A stretch of DNA of 62,894 bases, filler included, from Octopus bimaculoides (taxonomy: Eukaryota), in the NCBI RefSeq assembly GCF_001194135.2. It is 7 parts of 6 records of this genome, joined end to end, with 100 filler letters (N's around TTAATTAATTAA, not from the genome) between each part and the next. Parts side by side here need not be neighbours in the genome. Positions count along the whole stretch, not along the records: positions 56,592 to 59,700 come from NC_068985.1; positions 59,801 to 61,603 come from NW_026366438.1; positions 61,704 to 62,894 come from NW_026414740.1; 4 more parts are not named here. One strand, written 5' to 3'. Below, one piece after another: positions 58,912-62,894 of the stretch. Below the pieces are notes generated by a model. It was not told the DNA's origin, did not search any database, and was given only the letters and a program-made list of their open reading frames with translations. The position numbers and the translations under genes are program-made. Numbering within the stretch: position 1 is the first letter of the stretch; every line of letters starts with the position of its first letter.

Positions 58912-59367
58912 GGGGGAGAGAGAAATATGTATGAATATGTGTATGTGTGCATCTGTGTATATGTAAAAATGTGTGTGTGTGTGTAAGTATACAGACATAC
59001 ATGTATAACAATAGTTATACTTCTGATTTAGTCCACATGAATTTTACAATTAAATTTAAAGTTTATTTAGGCACATCACAATTAATCATGATTTAATATT
59101 CCATATTTTCGATTAAAAAAAAAACAGATTCAGTAAGTATAAAAATCAAGCGTTACGTTTCAAAATGATTGTTTTATTCCTTCGCCGACCTACTCATTTA
59201 AATATTTTTATATCAGCCACCTTGAAATCAGAATTTCACTGTATCTGAAGAGGGCCCAGAAAGACCAGAAACAAATGACTCGACGGCAGAGCCAATATGT
59301 GTTCAGCACATTTCTGAATATTTGCTGTCCTAGTCGGTCATATTATTGAGATCCTCATATCTGTATA

Positions 59368-59585
59368 CAAGGGGACGTCGAAAATTTCCTGGCTTTGGAT
59401 AAAAGAGAATACAGAAGGATCGGTTAATTATGATTTTATGCAACATATTCTCCTCTCAGATTCACACACTCATTGCAGGGTACTTCAGTTTTTCTAAGCC
59501 CTGTAAAAGAACATGGAGGATTGTGCCACTAATCAGGCCTTTTGCAATACCATTAAAGCCAAGAACTTTTCACCCACACCTCCAA
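59368..59585 (-). mobile_element. Mariner-derived miniature element, copy 2 (opposite orientation)
   Basis: Collinear with the reverse complement of 10434-10652; TA at the left junction. Confidence 0.75.
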
Positions 59586-59634
59586 CATATACATATGTAT
59601 ATACATCTGTATTTATATGTCTAGGTGTGCGTGC

Positions 59635-59670
<36 letters not shown>

Positions 59671-59800
59671 CGTTCTGTGTCCTTAGGTTTTCAAACAGGG
59701 NNNNNNNNNNNNNNNNNNNNNNNNNNNNNNNNNNNNNNNNNNNNTTAATTAATTAANNNNNNNNNNNNNNNNNNNNNNNNNNNNNNNNNNNNNNNNNNNN

Positions 59801-59832
<32 letters not shown>

Positions 59833-61111
59833 TATATATATATATATAATCAAAATAAGTAACAGGGTCTCAAGTTTTAGTGTAATACGAACGTTCTAAG
59901 CGGCTCCATTCAACTGAGCAATGCAAGCATTACATCAATTTAAATATAATGCTATCTCCATTTGCAATAAACATGAATTTTCAACACACAAGATATATTA
60001 CTATATTTTTTCCAAAATAGTTTATCAGTGCTACAATATAAAAGAATTTATGTTTTGATCCAATTATTGATCCATATATATATATATATANNNNNNNNNN
60101 NNNNNNNNNNNNNNNNNNNNNNNNNNNNNNNNNNNNNNNNNNNNNNNNNNNNNNNNNNNNNNNNNNNNNNNNNNNNNNNNNNNNNNNNNNNNNNNNNNNN
60201 NNNNNNNNNNNNNNNNNNNNNNNNNNNNNNNNNNNNNNNNNNNNNNNNNNNNNNNNNNNNNNNNNNNNNNNNNNNNNNNNNNNNNNNNNNNNNNNNNNNN
60301 NNNNNNNNNNNNNNNNNNNNNNNNNNNNNNNNNNNNNNNNNNNNNNNNNNNNNNNNNNNNNNNNNNNNNNNNNNNNNNNNNNNNNNNNNNNNNNNNNNNN
60401 NNNNNNNNNNNNNNNNNNNNNNNNNNNNNNNNNNNNNNNNNNNNNNNNNNNNNNNNNNNNNNNNNNNNNNNNNNNNNNNNNNNNNNNNNNNNNNNNNNNN
60501 NNNNNNNNNNNNNNNNNNNNNNNNNNNNNNNNNNNNNNNNNNNNNNNNNNNNNNNNNNNNNNNNNNNNNNNNNNNNNNNNNNNNNNNNNNNNNNNNNNNN
60601 NNNNNNNNNNNNNNNNNNNNNNNNNNNNNNNNNNNNNNNNNNNNNNNNNNNNNNNNNNNNNNNNNNNNNNNNNNNNNNNNNNNNNNNNNNNNNNNNNNNN
60701 NNNNNNNNNNNNNNNNNNNNNNNNNNNNNNNNNNNNNNNNNNNNNNNNNNNNNNNNNNNNNNNNNNNNNNNNNNNNNNNNNNNNNNNNNNNNNNNNNNNN
60801 NNNNNNNNNNNNNNNNNNNNNNNNNNNNNNNNNNNNNNNNNNNNNNNNNNNNNNNNNNNNNNNNNNNNNNNNNNNNNNNNNNNNNNNACGCACTCACACA
60901 CATATAAACAATTGCTATATGAAGGATACTAAACTAAGCTAATCTTCCAGAATATTTACAAGAACAATTTCTGCAAACTGAGCATCGAAGCCATTCTAAC
61001 CAACACCATAACCGCCCAGCCACACACATATCACCCATCCATCCATCCATCCATACCACCACCATCTAAGACTAACCAATCAAAGTACGAGATCTGTATT
61101 TAAAAAAAAAA

Positions 61112-61146
<35 letters not shown>

Positions 61147-61959
61147 AACCGACATGCCATCGTATAACTAAAAGCTGTCTAAATAAATAGATGAGGAAAG
61201 AATAACAGCCACATCTTAAACGAAGTTGGACGATGTAAAAGACATCAACTTAATGTAGGGAAAGAAAAGGGTCTCCTTTAAAACGAGAATCTGGAGCAAT
61301 CGGAATTTCTCTCTCTCAGTTGTTTATAATGTAACTTACTATCTGGCAATGTTGAATTGTAATTCCTATGTAGCAGGGCGTGGGGGGCGAGGCACTATAG
61401 ATGTTACTTGAAGACATGCCAGTTTGGCTGACATTTGGCCAGCGTTTATTTTCATACACATTTATATATGTACATTGATATTTACGTATACGTATAAAGG
61501 GTACAAACACATAAAATCATAAGTGAAGGTGCATGTGTGTATTTGTATCTGTTTGTGTTTATATGTGTCTACGCTTCTGTGTGTGCGTGTGTGTGTGTGT
61601 GAGNNNNNNNNNNNNNNNNNNNNNNNNNNNNNNNNNNNNNNNNNNNNTTAATTAATTAANNNNNNNNNNNNNNNNNNNNNNNNNNNNNNNNNNNNNNNNN
61701 NNNGTTGGAGTGGTAGATATGGATAGTTTCGTACACCAATTTATTTGTATATAAACATGTGTAATCTGGGAATGTAAGAAAGTTATATATAAAGAAGTAT
61801 ATTGGAGAGAATGCCTTTAAGTATAACAGAATAGAAGTACTTCTGTACATACATTCATGTACGTATACAGTTATACGCACAAACGCAGAAAGTCATGTGT
61901 AATTTTGTATACCTGATTGTTCGTTGATGTCTGCAATTCCTGATTCGGAGTGTGCGTGT

Positions 61960-62365
<406 letters not shown>

Positions 62366-62894
62366 CACAACTGTAAAAGACAACTGCAAATCCTGTAATG
62401 AATTACTGCTTCCATTTCAAGTTTCCCATTTGTGATATATATTTTATATCTATTTTTTCTGTTTCTTTTGCCTAATTTTCCAATATATTTCTGAAATATA
62501 TATAGTCATCCAAAATCTAATAATACATTATAATTTCTACACGTAAATACATCATATGTACGTCCAAATTTATATCTACATCTACATATGGATAATCGTC
62601 TGTCTGTATGTATGAGTATATATATATATATATACATAAAATATAATATAACATATACATACATGCTTGTATATATATATATGTATATATGTGTACAAAT
62701 ATATATATACATATTAATATATAATTATATACTTATAATTACATGCATAAATTTAGATACACACATACCACATATAAAAATAAAAATATAATTACGTGTT
62801 TATATTTAAATACATGAATATATATAATATACATATACATATACACACACACACTCATATATATATATATATGCACACACACACACACACACAC

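Noticed and set aside
59240-59285. CTGAAGA...GAAAC motif
   Set aside because: Stems I and III do not pair.

Overview
AT-rich animal genomic DNA from a gappy draft scaffold: about 20 N-runs, six of them containing an artificial TTAATTAATTAA spacer. It is dominated by microsatellites and decayed mobile elements. The repeat repertoire looks like an octopus/coleoid cephalopod genome; this is an inference from pattern recall, not a database result. Only one intact protein-coding region is clearly supported: a single-exon CDS on the minus strand (36990->35833, 385 aa) with six widely spaced C-X2-C-X12-H-X5-H (matrin/U1/JAZ-type) zinc fingers, a class known for dsRNA binding. There is also partial evidence for plus-strand host genes: a TATA promoter densely packed with bZIP/bHLH sites at ~51955-52035, a 5'UTR exon ending in ATG|GT at 54671-54738, and a symmetric exon at 39489-39575. 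Mobile DNA includes at least five tRNA-derived SINE families (labelled A-E locally); RTE, R4/Dong-like and CRE-like LINE fragments; a Gypsy-like integrase remnant with LTR copies; DD37D (maT) and mariner remnants; piggyBac-, hAT- and mariner-type MITEs; and Helitron/Helentron-type pieces. Unusual structures are a 1.33-kb foldback inverted repeat, a ~550-bp non-coding element flanked by (TAA)n, a 356-bp-spaced direct repeat with degenerate hammerhead-like motifs, a composite SINE with a 17-bp TSD and a ~27-bp minisatellite. Most ORFs in the supplied track are artefacts of microsatellites and N-runs.
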